From: Eledone cirrhosa
Lineage: Eukaryota
Direction: 5' to 3'
Length of the DNA: 64,000 nt
NCBI GenBank assembly: GCA_964016885.1
Contig: CAXHJY010000275.1
Location: 186,001 to 250,000, forward strand
Part shown: one piece after another, positions 21,564 to 35,400 of the stretch
Numbering within the stretch: position 1 is the stretch's first letter
Layout: each line of letters starts with the position of its first letter
Notes under the pieces: generated by a model
What the model was told of the DNA's origin: nothing
The model's input: only the letters and a program-made list of their open reading frames with translations
Database searches by the model: none
Program-made: the position numbers and the translations under genes

Positions 21564-24500
21564 TTAGTTGTAGCATTCACTGACTGTAGCTTCAGTGTAA
21601 TACTGGTTAGTTGTAGCAATCACTGTAGCTTTGGTGTAATACTGGTTAGTTGTGGCAGTCTCTGTAGCTTCAGTGTAGTAGTGGTTAGTTGTAGCAGTCA
21701 CTGTAGCTTTGGTGTAATACTGGTTAGTTGTAGCAGTCACTGTAGCTTTGGTGTAATACGAGTTAGTTGTAGCAGTCACTGTAGCTTTGGTGTAGTACTG
21801 GTTAGTTGTAGCAGTCACTGTAGCTTTGGTGTAGTACTGGTTAGTTGTAGCAGTCACTGTAGCTTTGGTGTAGTACTGGTTAGTTGTAGCAGTTACTGTA
21901 GCTTTGGTGTAATACTGGTTAGTTGTAGCAGTCCCTGTAGATTTGGTGTAGTACTGGTTAGTTGTGACAGTCACTGTAGCTTTGGTGTAGTACTGGTTAG
22001 TTGTAGCAGTCACTTTAGCTTTGGTGTAATACTGGTTAGTTGTGGCAGTCACTGTAGCTTCAGTGTAGTACTGGTTAGTTGTAGCAGTCACTGTAGCTTT
22101 GGTGTAATACTGGTTAGTTGTAGCAGTCACTGTAGATTTGGTGTAGTACTGGTTAGTTGTAGCAGTCACTTTAGCTTTGGTGTAATACTGGTTAGTTGTG
22201 GCAGTCACTGTAGCTTCAGTGTAGTACTGGTTAGTTGTAGCAGTCACTGTAGCTTTGGTGTAATACTGGTTAGTTGTAGCAGTCACTGTAGCTTTGGTGT
22301 AATACTGGGTAGTTGTAGCAGTCACTGTAGCTTTGGTGTAGTACTAGTTAGTTGTAGCAGTCACTGTAGCTTTTGTATAGTACTGGTTAGTTGTAACAGT
22401 CACTGTAGCTTTGGTGTTATACTGGTTAGTTGTAGCAGTCACTGTAGCTTTGGTGTAATACTGGTTAGTTGTAGCAGTCGCTGTAGCTTTGGTGTAATAC
22501 TGGTTAGTTGTAGCAGTCACTGTAGATTTGGTGTAATACTGGTTAGTTGTAGCAGTCACTGTAGCTTTGCTGTAGTACTGGTTAGTTGTAGCTGCCACTG
22601 CAGATTTGGTGTAATACTGGTTAGTTGTATCAGTGACTGTAGCTTTGGTGTAATACTGGTTAGTTGTAGCAGTCACTGTAGCTTCAGTGCAATACTGGTT
22701 AGTTGTAGCAGTCTCTGTAGCTTTGGTGTAGTACTGGTTAGTTGTGACAGTCACTGTAGCTTTGGTGTAGTACTGGTTAGTTGTAGCAGTCACTGTAGCT
22801 TTGGTGTAATACTGGTTAGTTGTAGCACTCACTGTAGCTTTGGTGTAGTACTAGTTAGTTGTAGCAGTCACTGTAGCTTTGGTGTAGTACTGGTTAGTTG
22901 TAGCAGTCACTGTAGCTTTGGTGTAGTACTGGTTAGTTGTAGCATTCACTGCAACTTTGGTGTAATACTGGTTAGTTGTAGCAGTCACTGTAGCTTTGGT
23001 GTAGTACTGGTTAGTTGTAGCAGTCACTGTAGCTTTGGTGTAGTACTGGTTAGTTGTAGCAGTCACTGTAGCTTTGGTGTAGTACTGGTTAGTTGTAACA
23101 GTCACTGTAGCTTTGGTGTAGCACTGGGTAGTTGTATCAGTCACTGTAGCTTTGGTGTAGTACTAGTTAGTTGTAACAGTCACTGTAGCTTTGGTGTAAT
23201 ACTGGTTAGTTGTAACAATCACTGTAGCTTTGGTGTAATACTAGTTAGTTGTAACAGTCACTGTAGCTTTGGTGTAATACTAGTTAGTTGTAACAGTCAC
23301 TGTAGCTTTGGTGTAATACTGGTTAGTTGTAGCAGTCACTATAGCTTTGGTGTAGTACTGGTTAGTTGTAGCAGTCACTGTAGCTTTGGTGTAGTACTGG
23401 TTAGTTGTAGCAGTCACTGTAGCTTTGGTGTAGTACTGGTTAGTTGTAGCAGTCACTGTAGCTTTGGTGTAATACTAGTTAGTTGTAGCAGTCACTGTAG
23501 CTTTGGTGTAGTACTAGTTCGTTGTAGCTTCAGTGAAGTACTGGTTAGTTGTAGCAGTCACTGTAGCTTTGGTGTAGTACTGGTTAGTTGTAGCAGTCTC
23601 TGTAGCTTTGGTGTAGTACTGGTTAGTTGTGACAGTCACTGCAGCTTTGGTGTAGTACTGGTTAGTTGTAGCAGTCACTGTAGCTTTGGTGTAATACTGG
23701 TTAGTTGTAGCACTCACTGTAGCTTTGGTGTAGTACTAGTTAGTTGTAGCAGTCACTGTAGCTTTGGTGTAATACTAGTTAGTTGTAACAGTCACTGTAG
23801 CTTTGGTGTAATACTGGTTAGTTGTAGCAGTCACTGTAGCTTTGGTGTAGTACTGGTTAGTTGTAGCAGTCACTGTAGCTTTGGTGTAGTACTGGTTAGT
23901 TGTAGCAGTCACTGTAGCTTTGGTGTAGTACTGGTTAGTTGTAACAGTCACTGTAGCTTTGGTGTAGTACTGGGTAGTTGTATCAGTCACTGTAGCTTTG
24001 GTGTAATACTAGTTAGTTGTAACAGTCACTGTAGCTTTGGTGTAATACTGGTTAGTTGTAACAATCACTGTAGCTTTGGTGTAATACTAGTTAGTTGTAA
24101 CAGTCACTGTAGCTTTGGTGTAATACTAGTTAGTTGTAACAGTCACTGTAGCTTTGGTGTAATACTGGTTAGTTGTAGCAGTCACTATAGCTTTGGTGTA
24201 GTACTGGTTAGTTGTAGCAGTCACTGTAGCTTTGGTGTAGTACTGGTTAGTTGTAGCAGTCACTGTAGCTTTGGTGTAGTACTGGTTAGTTGTAGCAGTC
24301 ACTGTAGCTTTGGTGTAATACTAGTTAGTTGTAGCAGTCACTGTAGCTTTGGTGTAGTACTAGTTCGTTGTAGCTTCAGTGAAGTACTGGTTAGTTGTAG
24401 CAGTCACTGTAGCTTTGGTGTAGTACTGGTTAGTTGTAGCAGTTACTGTAGCTTTGGTGTAATACTGGTTAGTTGTAGCACTCACTGTAGCTTTGGTGTA

Positions 24501-26434
24501 GTACTAGTTAGTTGTAGCAGTCACTGTAGCTTTGGTGTAATACTAGTTAGTTGTAACAGTCACTGTAGCTTTGGTGTAATACTGGTTAGTTGTAGCAGTC
24601 ACTGTAGCTTTGGTGTAGTACTGGTTAGTTGTAGCAGTCTCTGTAGCTTTGGTGTAGTACTGGTTAGTTGTGACAGTCACTGTAGCTTTGGTGTAGTACT
24701 GGTTAGTTGTAGCAGTCACTGTAGCTTTGGTGTAATACTGGTTAGTTGTAGCAGTCACTGTAGCTTTTGTGTAGTACTGGTTAGTTGTAGCAGTCACTGT
24801 AGCTTTGGTGTAGTACTGGTTAGTTGTAGCAGTCACTGTAGCTTTGGTGTAGTACTGGTTAGTTGTAACAGTCACTGTAGCTTTGGTGTAGTACTGGGTA
24901 GTTGTATCAGTCACTGTAGCTTTGGTGTAATACTAGTTAGTTGTAGCAGTCACTGTAGCTTTGGTGTAATACTAGTTAGTTGTAACAGTCACTGTAGCTT
25001 TGGTGTAATACTGGTTAGTTGTAACAGTCACTGTAGCTTTGGTGTAATACTAGTTAGTTGTAACAGTCACTGTAGCTTTGGTGTAATACTAGTTAGTTGT
25101 AACAGTCACTGTAGCTTTGGTGTGATACTAGTTAGTTGTAACAGTCACTGTAGCTTTGGTGTAATACTGGTTAGTTGTAGCAGTCACTGTAGCTTTGGTG
25201 TTGTACTGGTTAGTTGTAGCTGTCACTGTAGCTTTGGTGTAGTACTGGTTAGTTGTAGCAGTCACTGTAGCTTTGGTGTAGTACTGGTTAGTTGTAGCAG
25301 TCACTGTAGCTTTGGTGTAATACTGGTTAGTTGTAGCAGTCACTGTAGCTTTGGTGTAGTACTGGTTAGTTGTAGCAGTCACTGTAGCTTTGGTGTAATA
25401 CTGGTTAGTTGTAGCACTCACTGTAGCTTTGGTGTAGTACTAGTTAGTTGTAGCAGTCACTGTAGCTTTGGTGTAGTACTGGTTAGTTGTAGCAGTCACT
25501 GTCGCTTTGGTGTAGTACTGGTTAGTTGTAGCAGTCACTGTAGCTTTGGTGTAGTACTGGTTAGTTGTAGCACTCACTGTAGCTTTGGTGTAGTACTAGT
25601 TAGTTGTAGCAGTCACTGTAGCTTTGGTGTAGTACTGGTTAGTTGTAGCAGTCACTGTAGCTTTGGTGTAGTGCTGGGTAGTTGTATCAGTCACTGTAGC
25701 TTTGGTGTAATACTAGTTAGTTGTAACAGTCACTGTAGCTTTGGTGTAATACTAGTTAGTTGTAACAGTCACTGTAGCTTTGGTGTAATACTGGTTAGTT
25801 GTAACAGTCACTGTAGCTTTGGTGTAATACTAGTTAGTTGTAACAGTCACTGTAGCTTTGGTGTGATACTAGTTAGTTGTAACAGTCACTGTAGCTTTGG
25901 TGTAATACTGGTTAGTTGTAGCTTTGGTGTAGTACTGGTTAGTTGTAGCAGTCACTGTAGCTTTGGTGTAATACTGGTTAGTTGTAGCAGTCACTGTAGA
26001 TTTGGTGTAGTACTGGTTAGTTGTAGCAGTTACTGTAGCTTTGGTGTAATACTGGTTAGTTGTAGCAGTCCCTGTAGATTTGGTGTAGTACTGGTTAGTT
26101 GTGACAGTCACTGTAGCTTTGGTGTAGTACTGGTTAGTTGTAGCAGTCACTTTAGCTTTGGTGTAATACTGGTTAGTTGTGGCAGTCACTGTAGCTTCAG
26201 TGTAGTACTGGTTAGTTGTAGCAGTCACTGTAGCTTTGGTGTAGTAGTGGTTAGTTGTAGCAGTCACTGTAGATTTGGTGTAGTACTGGTTAGTTGTAGC
26301 AGTCACTGTAGCTTTGGTGTAATACTGGTTAGTTGTAGCAGTCACTGTAGCTTTGGTGTAATACTGGTTAGTTGTAGCAGTCACTGTAGCTTTGGTGTAG
26401 TACTGGTTAGTTGTAGCAGTCACTGTAGCTTTGG

Positions 26435-29400
26435 TGTAGTACTGGTTAGTTGTAGCAGTCACTGTAGCTTTGGTGTAGTACTGGTTAGTTGTATCAGTCA
26501 CTGTAGCTTTGGTGTAATACTAGTTAGTTGTAGCAGTCACTGCAGCTTTGGTGTAGTACTGGTTAGTTGTAGCAGTCACTGTAGCTTTGGTGTAATACGA
26601 GTTAGTTGTAGCAGTCACTGTAGCTTTGGTGTAGTACTGGTTAGTTGTAGCAGTCACTGTAGCTTTGTTGTAGTACTGGTTAGTTGTAGCAGTCACTGTA
26701 GCTTTGGTGTAGTACTGGTTAGTTGTAGCAGTTACTGTAGCTTTGGTGTAATACTGGTTAGTTGTAGCAGTCCCTGTAGATTTGGTGTAGTACTGGTTAG
26801 TTGTGACAGTCACTGTAGCTTTGGTGTAGTACTGGTTAGTTGTAGCAGTCACTTTAGCTTTGGTGTAATACTGGTTAGTTGTGGCAGTCACTGTAGCTTC
26901 AGTGTAGTACTGGTTAGTTGTAGCAGTCACTGTAGCTTTGGTGTAATACTGGTTAGTTGTAGCAGTCACTGTAGATTTGGTGTAGTACTGGTTAGTTGTA
27001 GCAGTCACTTTAGCTTTGGTGTAATACTGGTTAGTTGTGGCAGTCACTGTAGCTTCAGTGTAGTACTGGTTAGTTGTAGCAGTCACTGTAGCTTTGGTGT
27101 AATACTGGTTAGTTGTAGCAGTCACTGTAGCTTTGGTGTAATACTAGTTAGTTGTAGCAGTCACTGTAGCTTTGGTGTAGTACTAGTTCGTTGTAGCTTC
27201 AGTGAAGTACTGGTTAGTTGTAGCAGTCACTGTAGCTTTGGTGTAGTACTGGTTACTTGTAGCATTCACTGCAACTTTGGTGTAATACTGGTTAGTTGTA
27301 GCAGTCACTGTAGCTTTTGTGTAGTACTGGTTAGTTGTAGCAGTCACTGTAGCTTTGGTGTAGTACTGGTTAGTTGTAGCAGTCACTGTAGCTTTGGTGT
27401 AGTACTGGTTAGTTGTAACAGTCACTGTAGCTTTGGTGTAGTACTGGGTAGTTGTATCAGTCACTGTAGCTTTGGTGTAATACTAGTTAGTTGTAACAGT
27501 CACTGTAGCTTTGGTGTAATACTAGTTAGTTGTAACAGTCACTGTAGCTTTGGTGTAATACTAGTTAGTTGTAACAGTCACTGTAGCTTTGGTGTGATAC
27601 TAGTTAGTTGTAACAGTCACTGTAGCTTTGGTGTAATACTGGTTGGTTGTAGCAGTCACTGTAGCTTTGGTGTTGTACTGGTTAGTTGTAGCAGTCACTG
27701 TAGCTTTGGTGTAGTACTGGTTAGTTGTAGCAGTCACTGTAGCTTTGGTGTAGTACTGGTTAGTTGTAGCAGTCACTGTAGCTTTGGTGTAATACTGGTT
27801 AGTTGTAGCAGTCACTGTAGCTTTGGTGTAGTACTGGTTAGTTGTAGCAGTCACTGTAGCTTTGGTGTAGTACTGGTTAGTTGTAGCAGTCACTGTAGCT
27901 TTGGTGTAATACTGGTTAGTTGTAGCAGTCACTGTAGCTTTGGTGTAGTACTGGTTAGTTGTAGCAGTCACTGTAGCTTTGGTGTAATACTGGTTAGTTG
28001 TAGCACTCACTGTAGCTTTGGTGTAGTACTAGTTAGTTGTAGCAGTCACTGTAGCTTTGGTGTAGTACTGGTTAGTTGTAGCACTCACTGTCGCTTTGGT
28101 GTAGTACTGGTTAGTTGTAGCAGTCACTGTAGCTTTGGTGTAGTACTGGTTAGTTGTAGCACTCACTGTAGCTTTGGTGTAGTACTAGTTAGTTGTAGCA
28201 GTCACTGTAGCTTTGGTGTAGTACTGGTTAGTTGTAGCAGTCACTGTAGCTTTGGTGTAGTACTGGGTAGTTGTATCAGTCACTGTAGCTTTGGTGTAAT
28301 ACTAGTTAGTTGTAACAGTCACTGTAGCTTTGGTGTAATACTAGTTAGTTGTAACAGTCACTGTAGCTTTGGTGTAATACTGGTTAGTTGTAACAGTCAC
28401 TGTAGCTTTGGTGTAATACTAGTTAGTTGTAACAGTCACTGTAGCTTTGGTGTGATACTAGTTAGTTGTATCAGTCACTGTAGCTTTGGTGTAATACTGG
28501 TTAGTTGTAGCAGTCACTGTAGCTTTGGTGTAGTACTGGTTAGTTGTAGCAGTCACTGTAGCTTTGGTGTAATACTGGTTAGTTGTAGCAGTCACTGTAG
28601 ATTTGGTGTAGTACTGGTTAGTTGTAGCAGTTACTGTAGCTTTGGTGTAATACTGGTTAGTTGTAGCAGTCCCTGTAGATTTGGTGTAGTACTGGTTAGT
28701 TGTGACAGTCACTGTAGCTTTGGTGTAGTACTGGTTAGTTGTAGCAGTCACTTTAGCTTTGGTGTAATACTGGTTAGTTGTGGCAGTCATTGTAGCTTCA
28801 GTGTAGTACTGGTTAGTTGTAGCAGTCACTGTAGCTTTGGTGTAGTACTGGTTAGTTGTAGCAGTCACTGTAGATTTGGTGTAGTACTGGTTAGTTGTAG
28901 CAGTCACTGTAGCTTTGGTGTAATACTGGTTAGTTGTAGCAGTCACTGTAGCTTTGGTGTAATACTGGTTAGTTGTAGCAGTCACTGTAGCTTTGGTGTA
29001 GTACTGGTTAGTTGTAGCAGTCACTGTAGCTTTGGTGTAGTACTGGTTAGTTGTAGCAGTCACTGTAGCTTTGGTGTAGTACTGGTTAGTTGTAGCAGTC
29101 ACTGTAGCTTTGGTGTAATACTGGTTAGTTGTATCAGTCACTGTAGCTTTGGTGTAATACTAGTTAGTTGTAGCAGTCACTGCAGCTTTGGTGTAGTACT
29201 GGTTAGTTGTAGCAGTCAGTGTAGTATTGGTTAGTTGTAGCATTCACTGTAGCTTCAGTGTAATACTGGTTAGTTGTAGCAATCACTGTAGCTTTGGTGT
29301 AATACTGGTTAGTTGTGGCAGTCTCTGTAGCTTCAGTGTAGTAGTGGTTAGTTGTAGCAGTCACTGTAGCTTTGGTGTAATACTGGTTAGTTGTAGCAGT

Positions 29401-32400
29401 CACTGTAGCTTTGGTGTAATACGAGTTAGTTGTAGCAGTCACTGTAGCTTTGGTGTAGCACTGGTTAGTTGTAGCAGTCACTGTAGCTTTTGTGTAGTAC
29501 TGGTTAGTTGTAGCAGTCACTGTAGCTTTGGTGTAGTACTGGTTAGTTGTAGCAGTCACTGTAGCTTTGGTGTAGTACTGGTTAGTTGTAACAGTCACTG
29601 TAGCTTTGGTGTAGTACTGGGTAGTTGTATCAGTCACTGTAGCTTTGGTGTAATACTAGTTAGTTGTAACAGTCACTGTAGCTTTGGTGTAATACTAGTT
29701 AGTTGTAACAGTCACTGTAGCTTTGGTGTAATACTAGTTAGTTGTAACAGTCACTGTAGCTTTGGTGTGATACTAGTTAGTTGTAACAGTCACTGTAGCT
29801 TTGGTGTAATACTGGTTGGTTGTAGCAGTCACTGTAGCTTTGGTGTTGTACTGGTTAGTTGTAGCAGTCACTGTAGCTTTGGTGTAGTACTGGTTAGTTG
29901 TAGCAGTCACTGTAGCTTTGGTGTAGTACTGGTTAGTTGTAGCAGTCACTGTAGCTTTGGTGTAATACTGGTTAGTTGTAGCAGTCACTGTAGCTTTGGT
30001 GTAGTACTGGTTAGTTGTAGCAGTCACTGTAGCTTTGGTGTAGTACTGGTTAGTTGTAGCAGTCACTGTAGCTTTGGTGTAATACTGGTTAGTTGTAGCA
30101 GTCACTGTAGCTTTGGTGTAGTACTGGTTAGTTGTAGCAGTCACTGTAGCTTTGGTGTAATACTGGTTAGTTGTAGCACTCACTGTAGCTTTGGTGTAGT
30201 ACTAGTTAGTTGTAGCAGTCACTGTAGCTTTGGTGTAGTACTGGTTAGTTGTAGCACTCACTGTCGCTTTGGTGTAGTACTGGTTAGTTGTAGCAGTCAC
30301 TGTAGCTTTGGTGTAGTACTGGTTAGTTGTAGCACTCACTGTAGCTTTGGTGTAGTACTAGTTAGTTGTAGCAGTCACTGTAGCTTTGGTGTAGTACTGG
30401 TTAGTTGTAGCAGTCACTGTAGCTTTGGTGTAGTACTGGGTAGTTGTATCAGTCACTGTAGCTTTGGTGTAATACTAGTTAGTTGTAACAGTCACTGTAG
30501 CTTTGGTGTAATACTAGTTAGTTGTAACAGTCACTGTAGCTTTGGTGTAATACTGGTTAGTTGTAACAGTCACTGTAGCTTTGGTGTAATACTAGTTAGT
30601 TGTAACAGTCACTGTAGCTTTGGTGTGATACTAGTTAGTTGTATCAGTCACTGTAGCTTTGGTGTAATACTGGTTAGTTGTAGCAGTCACTGTAGCTTTG
30701 GTGTAGTACTGGTTAGTTGTAGCAGTCACTGTAGCTTTGGTGTAATACTGGTTAGTTGTAGCAGTCACTGTAGATTTGGTGTAGTACTGGTTAGTTGTAG
30801 CAGTTACTGTAGCTTTGGTGTAATACTGGTTAGTTGTAGCAGTCCCTGTAGATTTGGTGTAGTACTGGTTAGTTGTGACAGTCACTGTAGCTTTGGTGTA
30901 GTACTGGTTAGTTGTAGCAGTCACTTTAGCTTTGGTGTAATACTGGTTAGTTGTGGCAGTCATTGTAGCTTCAGTGTAGTACTGGTTAGTTGTAGCAGTC
31001 ACTGTAGCTTTGGTGTAGTACTGGTTAGTTGTAGCAGTCACTGTAGATTTGGTGTAGTACTGGTTAGTTGTAGCAGTCACTGTAGCTTTGGTGTAATACT
31101 GGTTAGTTGTAGCAGTCACTGTAGCTTTGGTGTAATACTGGTTAGTTGTAGCAGTCACTGTAGCTTTGGTGTAGTACTGGTTAGTTGTAGCAGTCACTGT
31201 AGCTTTGGTGTAGTACTGGTTAGTTGTAGCAGTCACTGTAGCTTTGGTGTAGTACTGGTTAGTTGTAGCAGTCACTGTAGCTTTGGTGTAATACTGGTTA
31301 GTTGTATCAGTCACTGTAGCTTTGGTGTAATACTAGTTAGTTGTAGCAGTCACTGCAGCTTTGGTGTAGTACTGGTTAGTTGTAGCAGTCAGTGTAGTAT
31401 TGGTTAGTTGTAGCATTCACTGTAGCTTCAGTGTAATACTGGTTAGTTGTAGCAATCACTGTAGCTTTGGTGTAATACTGGTTAGTTGTGGCAGTCTCTG
31501 TAGCTTCAGTGTAGTAGTGGTTAGTTGTAGCAGTCACTGTAGCTTTGGTGTAATACTGGTTAGTTGTAGCAGTCACTGTAGCTTTGGTGTAATACGAGTT
31601 AGTTGTAGCAGTCACTGTAGCTTTGGTGTAGCACTGGTTAGTTGTAGCAGTCACTGTAGCTTTGTTGTAGTACTGGTTAGTTGTAGCAGTCACTGTAGCT
31701 TTGGTGTAGTACTGGTTAGTTGTAGCAGTCACTTTAGCTTTGGTGTAATACTGGTTAGTTGTGGCAGTCACTGTAGCTTCAGTGTAGTACTGGTTAGTTG
31801 TAGCAGTCACTGTAGCTTTGGTGTAATACTGGTTAGTTGTAGCAGTCACTGTAGATTTGGTGTAGTACTGGTTAGTTGTAGCAGTCACTTTAGCTTTGGT
31901 GTAATACTGGTTAGTTGTGGCAGTCACTGTAGCTTCAGTGTAGTACTGGTTAGTTGTAGCAGTCACTGTAGCTTTGGTGTAATACTGGTTAGTTGTAGCA
32001 GTCACTGTAGCTTTGGTGTAATACTGGGTAGTTGTAGCAGTCACTGTAGCTTTGGTGTAGTACTAGTTAGTTGTAGCAGTCACTGTAGCTTTGGTGTAGT
32101 ACTGGTTAGTTGTAGCAGTCACTGTAGCTTTGGTGTAGTACTGGTTAGTTGTAGCAGTCACTGTAGCTTTGGTGTAATACTAGTTAGTTGTAGCAGTCAC
32201 TGCAGCTTTGGTGTAGTACTGGTTAGTTGTAGCAGTCAGTGTAGTATTGGTTAGTTGTAGCATTCACTGTAGCTTCAGTGTAATACTGGTTAGTTGTAGC
32301 AATCACTGTAGCTTTGGTGTAATACTGGTTAGTTGTGGCAGTCTCTGTAGCTTCAGTGTAGTAGTGGTTAGTTGTAGCAGTCACTGTAGCTTTGGTGTAA

Positions 32401-35400
32401 TACTGGTTAGTTGTAGCAGTCACTGTAGCTTTGGTGTAATACGAGTTAGTTGTAGCAGTCACTGTAGCTTTGGTGTAGTACTGGTTAGTTGTAGCAGTCA
32501 CTGTAGCTTTGTTGTAGTACTGGTTAGTTGTAGCAGTCACTGTAGCTTTGGTGTAGTACTGGTTAGTTGTAGCAGTTACTGTAACTTTGGTGTAATACTG
32601 GTTAGTTGTAGCAGTCCCTGTAGATTTGGTGTAGTACTGGTTAGTTGTGACAGTCACTGTAGCTTTGGTGTAGTACTGGTTAGTTGTAGCAGTCACTTTA
32701 GCTTTGGTGTAATACTGGTTAGTTGTGGCAGTCACTGTAGCTTCAGTGTAGTACTGGTTAGTTGTAGCAGTCACTGTAGCTTTGGTGTAATACTGGTTAG
32801 TAGTAGCAGTCACTGTAGATTTGGTGTAGTACTGGTTAGTTGTAGCAGTCACTTTAGCTTTGGTGTAATACTGGTTAGTTGTGGCAGTCACTGTAGCTTC
32901 AGTGTAGTACTGGTTAGTTGTAGCAGTCACTGTAGCTTTGGTGTAATACTGGTTAGTTGTAGCAGTCACTGTAGCTTTGGTGTAATACTAGTTAGTTGTA
33001 GCAGTCACTGTAGCTTTGGTGTAGTACTAGTTCGTTGTAGCTTCAGTGAAGTACTGGTTAGTTGTAGCAGTCACTGTAGCTTTGGTGTAGTACTGGTTAG
33101 TTGTAGCAGTCACTGTAGCTTTGGTGTAGTACTGGTTAGTTGTAACAGTCACTGTAGCTTTGGTGTAGTACTGGGTAGTTGTATCAGTCACTGTAGCTTT
33201 GGTGTAATACTAGTTAGTTGTAACAGTCACTGTAGCTTTGGTGTAATACTAGTTAGTTGTAACAGTCACTGTAGCTTTGGTGTAATACTGGTTAGTTGTA
33301 ACAGTCACTGTAGCTTTGGTGTAATACTAGTTAGTTGTAACAGTCACTGTAGCTTTGGTGTGATACTAGTTAGTTGTAACAGTCACTGTAGCTTTGGTGT
33401 AATACTGGTTAGTTGTAGCAGTCACTGTAGCTTTGGTGTTGTACTGGTTAGTTGTAGCAGTCACTGTAGCTTTGGTGTAGTACTGGTTAGTTGTAGCAGT
33501 CACTGTAGCTTTGGTGTAGTACTGGTTAGTTGTAGCAGTCACTGTAGCTTTGGTGTAATACTGGTTAGTTGTTAGAGTCACTGTAGCTTTGGTGTAGTAC
33601 TGGTTAGTTGTAGCAGTCACTGTAGCTTTGGTGTAATACTGGTTAGTTGTAGCACTCACTGTAGCTTTGGTGTAGTACTAGTTAGTTGTAGCAGTCACTG
33701 TAGCTTTGGTGTAGTACTGGTTAGTTGTAGCACTCACTGTAGCTTTGGTGTAGTACTAGTTAGTTGTAGCAGTCACTGTAGCTTTGGTGTAGTACTGGTT
33801 AGTTGTAGCACTCACTGTCGCTTTGGTGTAGTACTGGTTAGTTGTAGCAGTCACTGTAGCTTTGGTGTAGTACTGGTTAGTTGTAGCACTCACTGTAGCT
33901 TTGGTGTAGTACTAGTTAGTTGTAGCAGTCACTGTAGCTTTGGTGTAGTACTGGTTAGTTGTAGCAGTCACTGTAGCTTTGGTGTAGTACTGGGTAGTTG
34001 TATCAGTCACTGTAGCTTTGGTGTAATACTAGTTAGTTGTAACAGTCACTGTAGCTTTGGTGTAATACTAGTTAGTTGTAACAGTCACTGTAGCTTTGGT
34101 GTAATACTGGTTAGTTGTAACAGTCACTGTAGCTTTGGTGTAATACTAGTTAGTTGTAACAGTCACTGTAGCTTTGGTGTGATACTAGTTAGTTGTAACA
34201 GTCACTGTAGCTTTGGTGTAATACTGGTTAGTTGTAGCAGTCACTGTAGCTTTGGTGTAGTACTGGTTAGTTGTAGCAGTCACTGTAGCTTTGGTGTAAT
34301 ACTGGTTAGTTGTAGCAGTCACTGTAGATTTGGTGTAGTACTGGTTAGTTGTAGCAGTTACTGTAGCTTTGGTGTAATACTGGTTAGTTGTAGCAGTCCC
34401 TGTAGATTTGGTGTAGTACTGGTTAGTTGTGACAGTCACTGTAGCTTTGGTGTAGTACTGGTTAGTTGTAGCAGTCACTTTAGCTTTGGTGTAATACTGG
34501 TTAGTTGTGGCAGTCACTGTAGCTTCAGTGTAGTACTGGTTAGTTGTAGCAGTCACTGTAGCTTTGGTGTAGTACTGGTTAGTTGTAGCAGTCACTGTAG
34601 ATTTGGTGTAGTACTGGTTAGTTGTAGCAGTCACTGTAGCTTTGGTGTAATACTGGTTAGTTGTAGCAGTCACTGTAGCTTTGGTGTAATACTGGTTAGT
34701 TGTAGCAGTCACTGTAGCTTTGGTGTAGTACTGGTTAGTTGTAGCAGTCACTGTAGCTTTGGTGTAGTACTGGTTAGTTGTAGCAGTCACTGTAGCTTTG
34801 GTGTAGTACTGGTTAGTTGTAGCAGTCACTGTAGCTTTGGTGTAATACTGGTTAGTTGTATCAGTTACTGTAGCTTTGGTGTAATACTAGTTAGTTGTAG
34901 CAGTCACTGCAGCTTTGGTGTAGTACTGGTTAGTTGTAGCAGTCAGTGTAGTATTGGTTAGTTGTAGCATTCACTGTAGCTTCAGTGTAATACTGGTTAG
35001 TTGTAGCAATCACTGTAGCTTTGGTGTAATACTGGTTAGTTGTGGCAGTCTCTGTAGCTTCAGTGTAGTAGTGGTTAGTTGTAGCAGTCACTGTAGCTTT
35101 GGTGTAATACTGGTTAGTTGTAGCAGTCACTGTAGCTTTGGTGTAATACGAGTTAGTTGTAGCAGTCACTGTAGCTTTGGTGTAGTACTGGTTAGTTGTA
35201 GCAGTCACTGTAGCTTTGTTGTAGTACTGGTTAGTTGTAGCAGTCACTGTAGCTTTGGTGTAGTACTGGTTAGTTGTAGCAGTTACTGTAGCTTTGGTGT
35301 AATACTGGTTAGTTGTAGCAGTCCCTGTAGATTTGGTGTAGTACTGGTTAGTTGTGACAGTCACTGTAGCTTTGGTGTAGTACTGGTTAGTTGTAGCAGT

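Noticed and set aside
21681-29234. 2517-aa Cys/Ser/Val-rich ORF on + (and similar ORFs such as 37074-40136, 40976-43690, 54925-57702)
   Set aside because: It is only the stop-free frame of a 39-bp repeat. It has no ATG start (GTG/TTG starts inside variant monomers), no unique N- or C-terminal domain, and its ends are set by 11- or 16-bp deletions that were themselves amplified many times.
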